Shown here one piece after another: positions 39,422 through 51,867 of a stretch of 64,000 nt of DNA. Location: the NCBI GenBank assembly GCA_021613535.1, contig CP075495.1, positions 9,176,001 to 9,240,000 of the forward strand. Reading direction: 5' to 3'. A program made the position numbers and the translations under genes. Source of the DNA: Adineta vaga (taxonomy: Eukaryota > Animalia > Rotifera). Below the pieces are notes generated by a model. That model was not told the origin of the DNA. It ran no database searches and was given only the letters and a program-made list of their open reading frames with translations. Every line of letters begins with the position of its first letter. The first letter of the stretch is position 1.

Positions 39422-41778
39422 ATGAGTTCACCGAAACTAGATCCAACATCTTCAGTTGATTATGGTGGTACAGATAATCGTACCTTTGCACATAGTTCAA
39501 GTGAAGACCATCTACCAACTTTAAATGAAGAAGAGCCTACAAACATTCAACATCCATTACGAACAACAGCTGGATCATCGTCACAATCCTTTCCTGCTAT
39601 TTTTGAAGTAGCAGGACAAACTACTAATATGTCCTCATCTGGTACAGCGAATGGTCCACCACGATCAGCGTCATCATCGAGTTTTTCTCATCATCAACCG
39701 CGCCGAACAAGTGCACATGGACCACAGGAACGACAATTATCTATACTCGATCCAATGTCAGATCGCGTCAGTACAATTCTTGTTTGGCAAAATCTAACCG
39801 TTCAAGCACGAGAAGATAAACGAAAGGAGTTTTTCAAACGTATGAAATCATATAAAAATTTTGTACCAAAAAGAAAATGTTTACTCAGTAATACAAGTGG
39901 AGCTATAACTGGTGGATTATGGGCAGTTATGGGTAAGCTTATTCTACTTCTTCATCCTCATATAATTGTTCTGATCATGAAAAATCAAATTATTCTGTTC
40001 AGGTCCATCAGGTTCCGGTAAATCAACTCTTCTGAATACATTAGCTTGCCGTTTGGATGTGAACACAGTTGTCGAAGGTGAGATGCGTCTCAATGGTGCA
40101 CCATATGATAATGCTGAATTGAAACGTATTGCTGGATATGTGATGCAAGATGATTTGTTGAATGGATGTTTAACTGTGGAAGAAACATTAACGTATACAG
40201 CAAGACTTCGATTACCAAGGACATTCACAGATATCGAGCGAAAAGAGCGTGTTGCCGATGTCATGGCAGATCTAGGTTTATCTCATGTTCATAATGTTAT
40301 TGTTGGTACACCATTAAAGAAAGGTATATCAGGTGGAGAACGTAAACGAGTTTGTGTTGGTATGCAGCTGCTCAATCGTCCACAATTACTCTTTCTTGAT
40401 GAGCCAACTTCGGGTTTGGATTCTGTGACTGCTCTCGATTTACTTCGAACATTTCATGGACTTGCTCATGGTAAATCACAAGATAAAGCTGTAACAATTG
40501 TTTGTTCCATTCATCAACCGCAAGCAAAAATATTCAATTTATTTGATTCATTGATCTTGCTCAAAGCAGGAAATATCATGTATCAAGGTCCAAGAAAACA
40601 AGCAATGGTAGGTTAATTCATTATTAAATGTTGTTTTATTTTCGTCATATTTCAGGAGGCTTATCGAGCTGCAGGGTTTCCATGTCCTGTCAATACAAAT
40701 CCAGCTGATCATTTATTAGATGTGATCACACTACCACGTAGTAATACAACTACTGGTGCTGCTATGATATCACTAGAACAACAACAAGCAATTGATGAAG
40801 CTATTCTTCGACAGCAACCACCACTAGATATTGATCTTAATATGGGTGTCAATAAACGTCTTGTTCAAATGACGAATTTACCTCTTAATCCTACATGGTT
40901 AACACAAGTACAAATTCTTCTTCGTCGTACATTTCAAGAACAATTTCGACAAACAAGAATCATCGTTACATCACTTATACAAACGATTGTTATGGCTGTT
41001 TTAATTGGTACAGTTTATTTAAAAATTGGTAATTCACAAACAAGTATTCTACGTCGTGAACCAGCTTTATTCTTTTGTGCTGTCAATCAAGGTGTTTTTG
41101 GTGCTTTAATGGTTATCAATTCATTTCCTGTTGAACGAACATTAACATTACGTGAACGAGCATCGGGTACTTATTTTGCTAGTGCTTATTTTACGGCAAA
41201 AATTATTGCTGAAACATTAATACAATTACCGGTACCAATCATATTTGTATGTATAGAAGTTGCCTATCTTTATTAGTATTTAATCTTTTTTTCTCTAGTC
41301 TTTGATTGTCTATTTTCTAATTGGATTTCAAGCAACAGCTGGAAAGTTCTTTATCTTTATGGTATTCATGTTATTATGTTCACTTGCATCAACTTCATTA
41401 GCATTATTAGTTTCTGCTATATGTAAAACAACAGATATGAGTGTTACTGTGTTACCATTAGCACTTGAAGTCACACGTCTATTTGGTGGATTCTTTTTAG
41501 CACCATCACGATTACCGGGTTATTTTGTTTGGCTCGATGCTTTATCATATGTTAAATATACATTTGTTGGTACGGCTTTAAATGAATTACAAGGTCTTGT
41601 TTTAACATGTACAGATGCAGATCGAGCCAAAGGATCGTGTACTATACAGGGTGAAACACTTATAAAAGAACGTGGATTCGATTATATAAATGTTGGTGGT
41701 TGTATTGGTGCATTAATCGCTTATATAGTTTTTTGTCGTATAATGGCTTTTCTTGGTGTTCGATTTCTTAAACATTAA
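39422..41778 (+). CDS. ABCG (White-type) half transporter, paralogue 2
   Basis: Same exon structure as paralogue 1; canonical ISGGERKR, LFLDEPTSGLDS, SIHQP. Confidence 0.95.
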
Positions 41779-42290
41779 AGTATTTTTTTTCCAAAGAGCA
41801 ACATACTTATTTTTCTTTGCTTTCTAGTTTTCGATTGCTTTTCTTCTCTTGCTTTTGAAATTATTTTGATCCTCATCTTTATAATTGTGCTGTTTGTTAT
41901 TATGAAATACGAATAAAGTAATTTTTATCTCTTTACACAGATCATGATCTGTCTCAATGCTTCATACTCAAAGAAACTGGGTCATCTCCGTCAAGAGTCT
42001 ACATTGATAGATATCACTAACAACAAGCGTTACTAAGATGAATTAAAGAAACAATTCAATATTTACAACTGACACTTATTTTCTAATATCCCGTTTCTAT
42101 CATATTGATAAAACAATATTGATATGTGAGGCATAGAGGTTATAAATAATGCGTTTGTAATCAATAATTTTTATTTCGAAATAATAAACAACATTTTGAA
42201 CGATCGTACATTCAAATTTGCAAAAATGAACTTGTTTCTACACATTTATAAGCATTTCGCGATCGACAAAGTATTTCGGCTATCCATTTC

Positions 42291-42974
42291 CTACCACCAT
42301 GACAATGGATAGTGTCTTGTGGGAGACAAATTATTAACAATAATAGCAACGATAACTAAAATAATAGATCCTGATAATGTTGGCATTAGAATATATTGAA
42401 ATCCATACCATGGAAAATGTGTTGTTGTCATAGTCACACTCAATGCAGTTGCCGCACCTGGTGCATGTAATGTATTTGTTAATTGCATAAATAGAATACT
42501 GATAGCAACGGATAAAGTTGCGACAAGAAATTGTTCGTGAATATAATTAGATATAAGACGTAAAATACAGCCAACTGTGGCACCAATTAATTGTCCTAAA
42601 ATAGCATTACGTGGTTGAGCTAAAGAACTCGATGGAACTGCAAAAAGAAGTACACATGATGCACCGAATGAACCAATTAAGAAGATAAAATCATGTCTAT
42701 AGAGAACAGACGATTGAATTTACATTATTAATTTCTATTCTCGATTGAATATTTACTTAGCAAGTAAACGATAATGAACAATAGATATTATTCCAAGACC
42801 AAGAAATGTACCCATAAAGGTAATAATACATTCAGAAAATGAAATTAATGTTTGATGTGATTGATGTTGACCTAGCCATTTTCGAAAATATTCTTTTAAC
42901 AACTGACATCCTTTTCTACAATCATAGCATTTAGAATCTTTATGATAACTTTTTCCAGTATTTATTCGTGTCAT
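42291..42974 (-). CDS. HPP-family membrane protein; intron 42697-42756
   Basis: Spliced FLIGSFGASCVLLFAVPSSSLAQPRNAILGQ...MQLTNTLHAPGAATAL...IVNNLSPTRHYPLSWW. Confidence 0.9.
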
Positions 42975-43683
42975 TGATGTCTGCCTTTAATATATCTAAA
43001 ATAAGAAATTTTCTACTAAGATAAGTTTGCATATGTTGATAGACGAAAATTTGAATAGAATCTGTACTGACTATACGCATAGCTACTTCACATATATGTG
43101 AGATTGAAGTGCTTCAATAAGTGTGACATCTTTCAAATCATCTATAGTAATATACTTTTCATTTAAGTAGACAAAAAACAAATAGCGAATAGAATAGATG
43201 ACACTACACATGTGAATGTGTATACATAGAACGATGTATAGCCATTCAGATATATTTTATTTCTATTTAAAATGGAGTATGAAATGAATAGATATAATTC
43301 TAAATGATTACTTTTCTTGATCTAGTTTATGTATATTGCTTTGTTTATAAGTGCAAACTAATCAAAGACGAAGTGTTTGTAAACAATGGATAAAAAACAC
43401 CCAAGCAAATGATAAGTGTTAGAAGGTGAAATATATTCACTAAATGAGTTATGATTTTTTTTTCTAATTATCGTGAAACGATCATTTAAGAAGTGTGGCG
43501 TACACAAATACCAAAATGAGAAAGGTTTAAATTAATTTTTCATGAAATACTACCGACAAAAACGAAAAATCAGAAGTAATTAGATGAAAAATTACACCTT
43601 TTTTTGTGTAGGTTTATAATCATGCCAAACATTCCCGTGAAATGTCGTTCATGACCACTGACATATCAATTCTAACGAAACAT

Positions 43684-44363
43684 ACTTCCGAGTAAAATAG
43701 GAAGATAAATTAGCAATTGGTTCAGATGAATTTGCTAGATTATTTATATTCATATCATTATTTCCACTGCAAAGATTCTATTCTATTCAGGTCATTCTGT
43801 GTATCCGCATTAAAAATATTCTACATTTCTAATTTGTTGTGACGTCAATGCATATACGTAAATGTTGACAAATGTCCAATCAAGATAGTTGAATGAGTAA
43901 TTCATGAAACTGAATCATCACAACAGAAGTGACATATTTCTCTCATTTTTAATGACTAATACGAAACATATATACATGTATATATCTATATTGTTATTCT
44001 AATCTGCAATTATTTATACAATCTTATCCATTGAATATTAAATGAATGACATCAATCAAAAGAATGTTTTATTTCTATAGAAATTTATAGCTTTTTGATA
44101 AATTATCATTCATCTTCCGATTTGTATGATTGGTAAACGGAAGTAATCAATTCAAAAACAAAGATTTTGACTTGACTATAATAAAGTGATGTAAGAAAAT
44201 CATTCCTAATAAGAAAAAATTATCAATACCATCATTAAAATCTTACGGAAATTTGTTTTCCTATTTTAATATCATGTCTTCTTTTTTGATGTATGATATA
44301 TGTGAAAAACAGGCATCCCTAATTTGTAGATGAGAGAAATGACAAAAAATACGTACTATAAAT
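43684..44363 (+). promoter_or_regulatory. Putative promoter of ETS gene 1: ETS sites (ACTTCCG 43684, CGGAAGT 44138), CRE TGACGTCA (43840), TATA-like (~44357)
   Basis: Motifs read directly upstream of ATG 44450; function is inferred only. Confidence 0.3.
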
Positions 44364-44449
44364 AATATCTTGCGATACTCTCTGGTCAATCTTTCTTTTT
44401 TCAGAATCCTTGCTCCAGGTTATTTGTTCACAATTCAGCCAAACTGACA

Positions 44450-45019
44450 ATGATACATAATACTGGTGAAGAAAGTTGTATTATTTCTCCAAAAATTGAA
44501 GATGTTTCAACAGTCATGGAAACTTCCGATGATCAATCATTGAATGGGCCATCAAGTAATAAGTATAATCATTTGAATGATCATATTTCTGATAATGATA
44601 CTCCGGAATATCCACCTTTATTTTTAACAAGTGATATTAAAACTGAACCGAAATCATGCGATGATTCAATTGAATTATATTTCGATCCAAAAGAATGGTT
44701 TATTAATGATTCAACTACTGGTAAACTTCGAGCACCACGACAAAATGAATTTCTCTACTTTTTATTGGAAGACTCACGTTATTCATCTTATTTATCTTGG
44801 TTAGATCGTATTGAAGGTTTATTTAAAATTCATCAACCTGACCGTGTTGTTCAACTTTGGACTAAAGTCAAAAATCGGCAAACAAATGGAACTATGGATT
44901 ATGATACATTTGCACGTGGTTTAAGATATTATTATCAGTTAGGAATAATGATTAAAACACATCGAAAATATACATTTCGTTTTAAAATGTCAACAAATAG
45001 TCTTTTAGTAAACAAATGA
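44450..45019 (+). CDS. ETS-domain transcription factor, tandem copy 1 (intronless)
   Basis: EFLYFLLEDSRYSSYLSWLDRIEGLFKI..VVQLW..KNR..MDYDTFARGLRYYY..YTFRF. Confidence 0.92.
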   Translation: MIHNTGEESCIISPKIEDVSTVMETSDDQSLNGPSSNKYNHLNDHISDNDTPEYPPLFLTSDIKTEPKSCDDSIELYFDPKEWFINDSTTGKLRAPRQNEFLYFLLEDSRYSSYLSWLDRIEGLFKIHQPDRVVQLWTKVKNRQTNGTMDYDTFARGLRYYYQLGIMIKTHRKYTFRFKMSTNSLLVNK

Positions 45020-45499
45020 AAACTCTCTTATTTGATAGAACGTTCTTTTTTCCTTCGTTATTATTTATTTATTAATAAAAACAAATTGTTTTTCAAAGCA
45101 ATCCTAAAGTATATTCCATGGCCAATGAGTCATAACAGAAAAACCACCTATTCTCTATCTTCAGATGAATTAACGTTAAAATCAGATTTGTTTACATGAT
45201 TTACAAATACGTGTCAATATCCTGTATACCGTACAATTAATGACGTTTTATAACCATGATTTTCTATTTCAGTTTTTTATTTCGACTATCATGTTATGTA
45301 CTTTTCATAGGTAAAATAACATATTTTTCCTCTGAAGTAACTATTATGTCGTGTATGTATTAACTTATAACTTTTTCTATGACTAAAGTCATAAATTGAC
45401 GGTTATCAATACATGATTATCATATGAGATGAAACCGTTTTCACGACTATATAAAGTTGATATGATACTCAATTTTTAATTATATTGAATATAATACAA

Positions 45500-46132
45500 A
45501 TGGCTTCATCCTCAAATACTCCTTGGGATATATTAATTGAATTTATTGATAGTTTATGGATTCCAAATGATTCAACGAATTTCATTGATAATTTAGATGA
45601 AGAAGCAATTCAACAAATTTATGCAGAATTATTAACAGTAGAAAATCCAACTAATTATTCTTGTGAATCATTTGATTCGTTATTTCATGATGAATCTAAT
45701 AGTATGGAAAGTACGAGGAATCCTTTTGATATATCTGATGGTTGTCAATCATCATCATCACGAAGTATGACTCCACTTTCATCAGATGATGCTGATGATG
45801 AACCAACGTTCAATTTTCAAGATTGGTATATTTATGATCGAGCAACATGTAAAACTCGTCCACCAAAATTATTTGAATTTCTTCATCTACTCTTAAATAA
45901 TACACGTTATAGTTCTCATGCATCGTGGTTGAACAAAAATGACGGTTTATTTCGAATACATAAACCAAATGAAGTAGCAAGTCTTTGGAGAAAAGTCAAA
46001 GTACGAAGAACAAATGGTTCAATGAATTATGATACATTTGCACGTGGAATTCGTTATTATTATAAATCAGGATTAATGCTTAAAACACACACGAAACATA
46101 CATATTGTTTTGCTCAAATATCAGACTTTTAA
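45500..46132 (+). CDS. ETS-domain transcription factor, tandem copy 2 (intronless)
   Basis: LFEFLHLLLNNTRYSSHASWLNKNDGLFRI..VASLW..MNYDTFARGIRYYY..YCF. Confidence 0.92.
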   Translation: MASSSNTPWDILIEFIDSLWIPNDSTNFIDNLDEEAIQQIYAELLTVENPTNYSCESFDSLFHDESNSMESTRNPFDISDGCQSSSSRSMTPLSSDDADDEPTFNFQDWYIYDRATCKTRPPKLFEFLHLLLNNTRYSSHASWLNKNDGLFRIHKPNEVASLWRKVKVRRTNGSMNYDTFARGIRYYYKSGLMLKTHTKHTYCFAQISDF

Positions 46133-46718
46133 AAAACGCACAATAACATTTTTTTTATATATTTTCATCGCTGGTTCGATTAGTTTCTAGTTTTTGTTGT
46201 TAAATATACATTTGCTAAGAGAAATAACTTATCTGTTTGGATGTGATTTTACCATTATTAATCAAAGTTGAAGCAATCAACCAATCATATACGAATAGAT
46301 AAGATCAACTAGACGGAAAAGTCATGTGACGTATGCTATTTGAGTAGGCCAATGGGAAGAGAATATCACTACTAACTTTTAAAAGTGAAAAGGATTTGTT
46401 TTTCTTCTCGGAAATCGACGTCATAAAGTCGACAACAGGAATTCATGTGAATCACTTCTATTTTATATTTTTTTATTATCTTATTTAAATATCTTTACCA
46501 TGAATAAAGATTAAACAAATATGAAGAAGAAGAAAAAGAAGAAGAAGAAGAAACGTTTTAATCAACAGAATAAACTACGAATGGTTTTTATTAAAGAAGA
46601 AAAACAAAACAAAACCGCAACAATAATAAAAGAGTTCAAGCAAAACAATGAAAAGTCAATAAATATGTTTTATTCAATCAAAAAGGTTTTTAAACCAAGA
46701 AAAATGTTCTAGTTTTTT

Positions 46719-49424
46719 TTACGATTGACCACGATTCTCTTCTTTTTTCACTTTGTAAATTCGAACAAGCCAATGTTCAGTTGTATAAGCTTCTTCTAAT
46801 CTTTCTAATTCGAAATTTTTATTACCAATTTCGACTGAACGCGTACGATCATAACCAGGTGGTTTATCTAAATAAGTTTTTTTTATAGAAGTCAACATGA
46901 AAACGAAGGAAATCTCATGACATACCTTGTTCAGTATAAGTTTCACCAAAACGATAATATGATAGTTTATACATCAAACAATTGAGCAATATTGGTGAAC
47001 CACTTTTATCTACACGAAATTCACCTTGAGGTGTAAAATAATCACTTTCTTTAATATGTGCGCCTTTTTCTGTTGAACCACCAATACGAACCATCCATAA
47101 AAATTTATTAATATCATCCGATGAATAACCGATTAAACCACCAAATATAACTAAGACATAATCGACATCAAGTTCACGCATGATTTCATATGCTTTATCT
47201 TCCGTTGATGACATAGCCTAGATAAACAATAGATTAAGATTTCTACATTTTGTTTTTGTTTTTCATTCAAATTTACCTGACCAACTCTACTAATATGTGT
47301 ATTATTCCATGTATTGTTATCTACGAGAATTGTTCGATTTGCCATTGCTGTTATTTGATAACCATAATCCCACCAAGACATTACTTTTGCATCCTAAAAC
47401 ATTTTTAGATGATTTACATTAATAATCAATAGTTGTGTCAATTTACTTCATCAGTATTATATCTTAACCACCAGTATGCTTCACGAAAATCATCGAAGAT
47501 ATATTTCGATCCGTCATTACTACGAGCTGATAAAACAATGGATGGTGATGAATAAGCTTCACTTGTAACCCATGTACAATGGAAAACATAAGTCATTAAG
47601 AAGAATGTCATCATACAAACAACACCAAATGCGATTTCATTCTTTCGTGGATATGAGGATGAATCATCATTACGACGTGCACGGGCTGAACTTTGAGTTG
47701 TAGTTGTGCCACCGACAGATTTCTTCAACTGATTAACATCCAAATTACGCATATAAGTTGTTAATATACTCGAAATACCAATACCGGAAAGAACACACAT
47801 AACTGGTGCAAGTACTAACATTAAACGAACCATAACACCCTGAAATACATAAAAGAACTTATATAAATTTTCAGCTTTTTTTTTCAAAGCGTATCTTACG
47901 GCGAAATATATTGAAGTCATTCCATACATAATAATAAAAATATTTGCATCAGTTAATTCTTTGAAACAATAATAGATACCAACTACAAAGAAAAATAATG
48001 TTGTCATATAGAAAAGAACAAAGTCGACTGATAGATTCATTCATACCAGGAAACATAAAAACAAGTAATTCAAAATCAAAAAAGAAACTTGACCAAGCTG
48101 TCGGTTGATGTTCACTAACACTAGCAATAATTGGAATATGATTTTTAGCATAAGATGGATCCAATAAAGCATAAAATCGACCAGTCCATGGTGCAATTTC
48201 TAAAATAAACAAAACAGCATTGCATTTTTTTCTTCTTCTAAAAGACATATAAAAATAGATTCTTACTTCCACTAGCCCAAAGAATAACTCCAGCAACACC
48301 GACAGCAAAACCAACTGTAACAAGTGCAAATGAAAATAATGTATCAAATTGCACTTGAGTTAATTTTGATTTAACATATTCAATAAAAGAAAACAATTGG
48401 CATAAACCAAATGCACCGAATGCCTAAATAAATCGATGAAATACAATGAAAATATAATTCTTCATCTTACAAGCATATGTTCACTTGATTGAACAGGTTG
48501 AAAACCAACAAATGGAATTTGCATGGACAAAATTGTACCCAATATGTAAACCTAATCAATCAATTCATTTTTTATGTTATTTTATAAAGAAAACTAAATC
48601 AATTACCGTTGAATATGCGACATAAATTCGATGTGAAAAACGTCCCGTAAACATCAATGCTAAAACATGTAATGGAATCAAATTGATTAAAAAGACATAA
48701 CCACCCCATGATGAAACCATATAAAAGTAAGCTAATGCACATGATGCTGACCACATAACTGAACCAGTTTTAATGGCTTTGATCCATAGATAGTATGTTA
48801 ATAGCATACAAAATATGGCTATGCCTTCATTATCATATGAACCAGCAACTGAACGAGATATATAACCGGGAACAATTGCGATAAGACATGCAGCAACAAG
48901 ACCAGCGCTAGCATTCTATAAATAATGAGAAAAGAAGAAAAAAGAATTATTTTCTTTGACAAAATATCTTCTCCGTTTACCTTAAGTTCTTTTGTTAGTA
49001 AATATGTAACAATAACCGTAAAACTTGAAAATAATGGTGCCAAAAAGACGCAAACATTACGAATATCAATTGTAATATGAAACCATCGGAGAGCATGATA
49101 TAATGCTGCTGATGTTACCATTAAACCAGGATAGATTGTTCCACCAATAATACGTCCTAATGGATACCAGGCTCGATCATCAAACCAATTATGAAATGAA
49201 TAGAATCCTTCATCAGCCAGAAATTTTGTTGTTCGATAATTGAAATATGGATCAAATTCATGAATAACTGATTCATAACGTAAAACAGAGAATAAACGTG
49301 TTGCAAATGCTAATATACCAGCGCATGTTAAGATAAATAATTTCAAGAATGTTTCTTGTTTATCATAAGAAATTTTATTCGGTAAAAATTGTTTAAATGG
49401 GAGAATAGATGTTAGGGCATCCAT
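46719..49424 (-). CDS. STT3A: Oligosaccharyltransferase catalytic subunit STT3A, multi-exon
   Basis: [69 protein letters not shown]; [12 protein letters not shown]-terminus typical of STT3A. Confidence 0.97.
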
Positions 49425-49844
49425 TTCTAGAAAAAGAAATAAAAACTAGTATTTGAAAATCTAATATGCACTTTCAGGAAACATGTATAACAAAGACTAA
49501 GACGAAGTGGTCGCAACTGTTGTCTTTCTTTCTCTAAATTTTCATTCGTTCTTTTCGATGATAACGTGTACAACAGCAGAAAGGCAAGCATCAGATGGAG
49601 ATTAAATGCAATGACGTGTACACTATATCGATTGTGTCGACCTCTTTTCAATGAGTTCAATAAAAATTTAAATTTATATTATTGAAATAATTTTTCCAAA
49701 ATAGACTTTTTCAAATGATTTTCAATAAAATCATATTTGAAGAGAGTCCACTTCTAAACATAGTTACATGTGAACGATAGTAATGGTGGCCATTTGATTT
49801 CTGAATGAATTAAATTAAGATAAGAGTATTGATCGATAATCATC

Positions 49845-51645
49845 ATGGGTGCGATTTTAAACTCGATCAGAGTAGATAAAATTGATGCTTTGGGTGACAT
49901 CACACCAAGTCGTGCAAATTGGTTAACTAGTCATGCTGATGCTAGCGATCTGTCAGCAGTCGAAGTTGAACGTTTATGGAGACGATTTCAACAAATAACT
50001 GGTTCAAGTAATAAGGCAAATCTATATCCAGACAATAATGCTTTGCCAGAGGAATTATCAAATGATATTTTCGTTAAAAATGTGAGTCGAAAAATCAATG
50101 ACTAGTTTTGTCTATTAACATCTAATGTGTCAAAGCACGATTTAAAAAGGAAAGTAATTTTCTAATCAATATTGAATGACATAAAATATTTCAGATTGAG
50201 AAATTCGTTTTTAGAAAAACAGGTTGATGAACATATATCAAGCATAATCTGCACTGCTTCTAATGCTAACTAATTAACTGAAATTGTAAGAAAAGAAAAC
50301 AATTCTTTGTATAAATTCAAGGCAAAAACAAAAAATACGATGTTCAACATAATTGTTCGAAAGATTCTCTCTTTCAGTTTTGTAATCAAGACAAATCAAA
50401 TTAAAAGATTCAAGTTTGAATACTAGAAAAGTTATCATTACATATTCAATTGCTTTCTTTTCCCTAAAATCAACATTTATTTTACATTGACGCAAAATAT
50501 ACACGTGATTCGTTTGGATAAACACTTCAAGTTTTGTTTTTATTAGACGAAAATACTTTTCAACGTCTTTCGATAATATTATTGAGTAAAAACATTCTCA
50601 TTCAAATCCATCATTCCATGATCTATGAATATCAATTCTAATATATTCAATTATCAAAACTATTCTTTACTAAAAATGAATAAAATAATGAAATAATTTC
50701 AATAATATACTATCTGATAGCATATATCGATTGATTGTTTTGCTTTCGTTTATGTTTAGCTTTTGAAACATTTTCCTCGTTTGAAAACAGACGATGATGC
50801 TATTTCATTTGGTTATTTCATATCAGTAATGCGATGGCTCGATGAAACGAATCTACATAGAAAATTAGAAGCTATCTATCAGTATCTTAATAATGGTGAT
50901 CCGATTGATGCTACATTTCTTGCTAAACTATTTAAACATATTCATCCAGATCAAACGAGTGTACGTATATTGATTTATCTCATTACAAAAGAACAACAAC
51001 ATATTTGCTTTGATGTCATTTGAATTTGATCTAGGATGAAATTAAATCCACAGCAGAAGGAGCTATGCGATTATTAGGTTCAACGGAAACAGGTTAACAT
51101 TATATTTCGAAAACAAAATAAAGTCTAGTTTCATTTTTCTATTAGATAAATTGAATCAACAACAGTTTGTCGAAGGTGTTTTAAAATTTATACCACATGA
51201 TGAACTTGCTGAACTCTTGGATTTTCATATTATTCCAACGACTGTTGCTCATGAAACAGCAAATTTACCAGAACTTCCATTACCACCATCTTTGACAGAG
51301 AATGCTGAGGATTACATTCCAGATGATCTTGTTACAGATGATCAAATTAAACAAATCGCTATTCAAGTTGCACAAAGACATTGGGTAAAACTTCTGCTTG
51401 CACTTGGCTTTCTTGAATATGATATTGAAGCATATAAAGTACGAAATAATTATAATGCTGCTGCAACAGTATGTATTATAATAATCTTTCTTTTCGTTTG
51501 AATATAATTGTAATTTATTATATCTTAGGTGTATGATTTATTGGATTTATGGCGTGATCAAGAAGGAGTTCTATCAACAAAATCTCGTCTTCGAGAATAT
51601 TTAAAACAAACTGGATTTGAAAAACTTATTAAACTTCTTGATTAG
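49845..51645 (+). CDS. Calcineurin-B/CHP-like degenerate EF-hand protein fused to a C-terminal Death domain
   Basis: LSAVEVERLWRRFQQI, ISFGYFISVMRW...KLEAIYQYL, LNQQQFVEG (CNB/CHP-like); C-terminal QIKQIAIQVAQRHWVKLLLALGFLEYDIEAYK...|VYDLLDLWRDQEG..TKSRLREYLKQTGFEKLIKLL (Death-fold pattern). Confidence 0.7.
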
Positions 51646-51867
51646 GTCATTCTTGTCAAATTCCTTTCAAACATTTCTCTTTTAATTTGCCTGTTTGTTC
51701 GTTTGTTTATTCACTTATTAAAATATTAGAAAAAAGTGCCGAAAACTTATTATTTTCTAAATAATTAAAGAATAAATCTTTCTAAAATGTAGATGTCAGC
51801 AAAAATAGAAAAAGAAAAGTGTAACATTAAAGTTCTTATTCTAAATTGTTTTTTTTCTCCTGCTAGA

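Noticed and set aside
41941-42072. Exon-like remnant IMICLNASYSKKLGHLRQESTLIDITNNKRY*DELKKQFNIYN after an AG acceptor
   Set aside because: Too short and interrupted to assign; no upstream exons found
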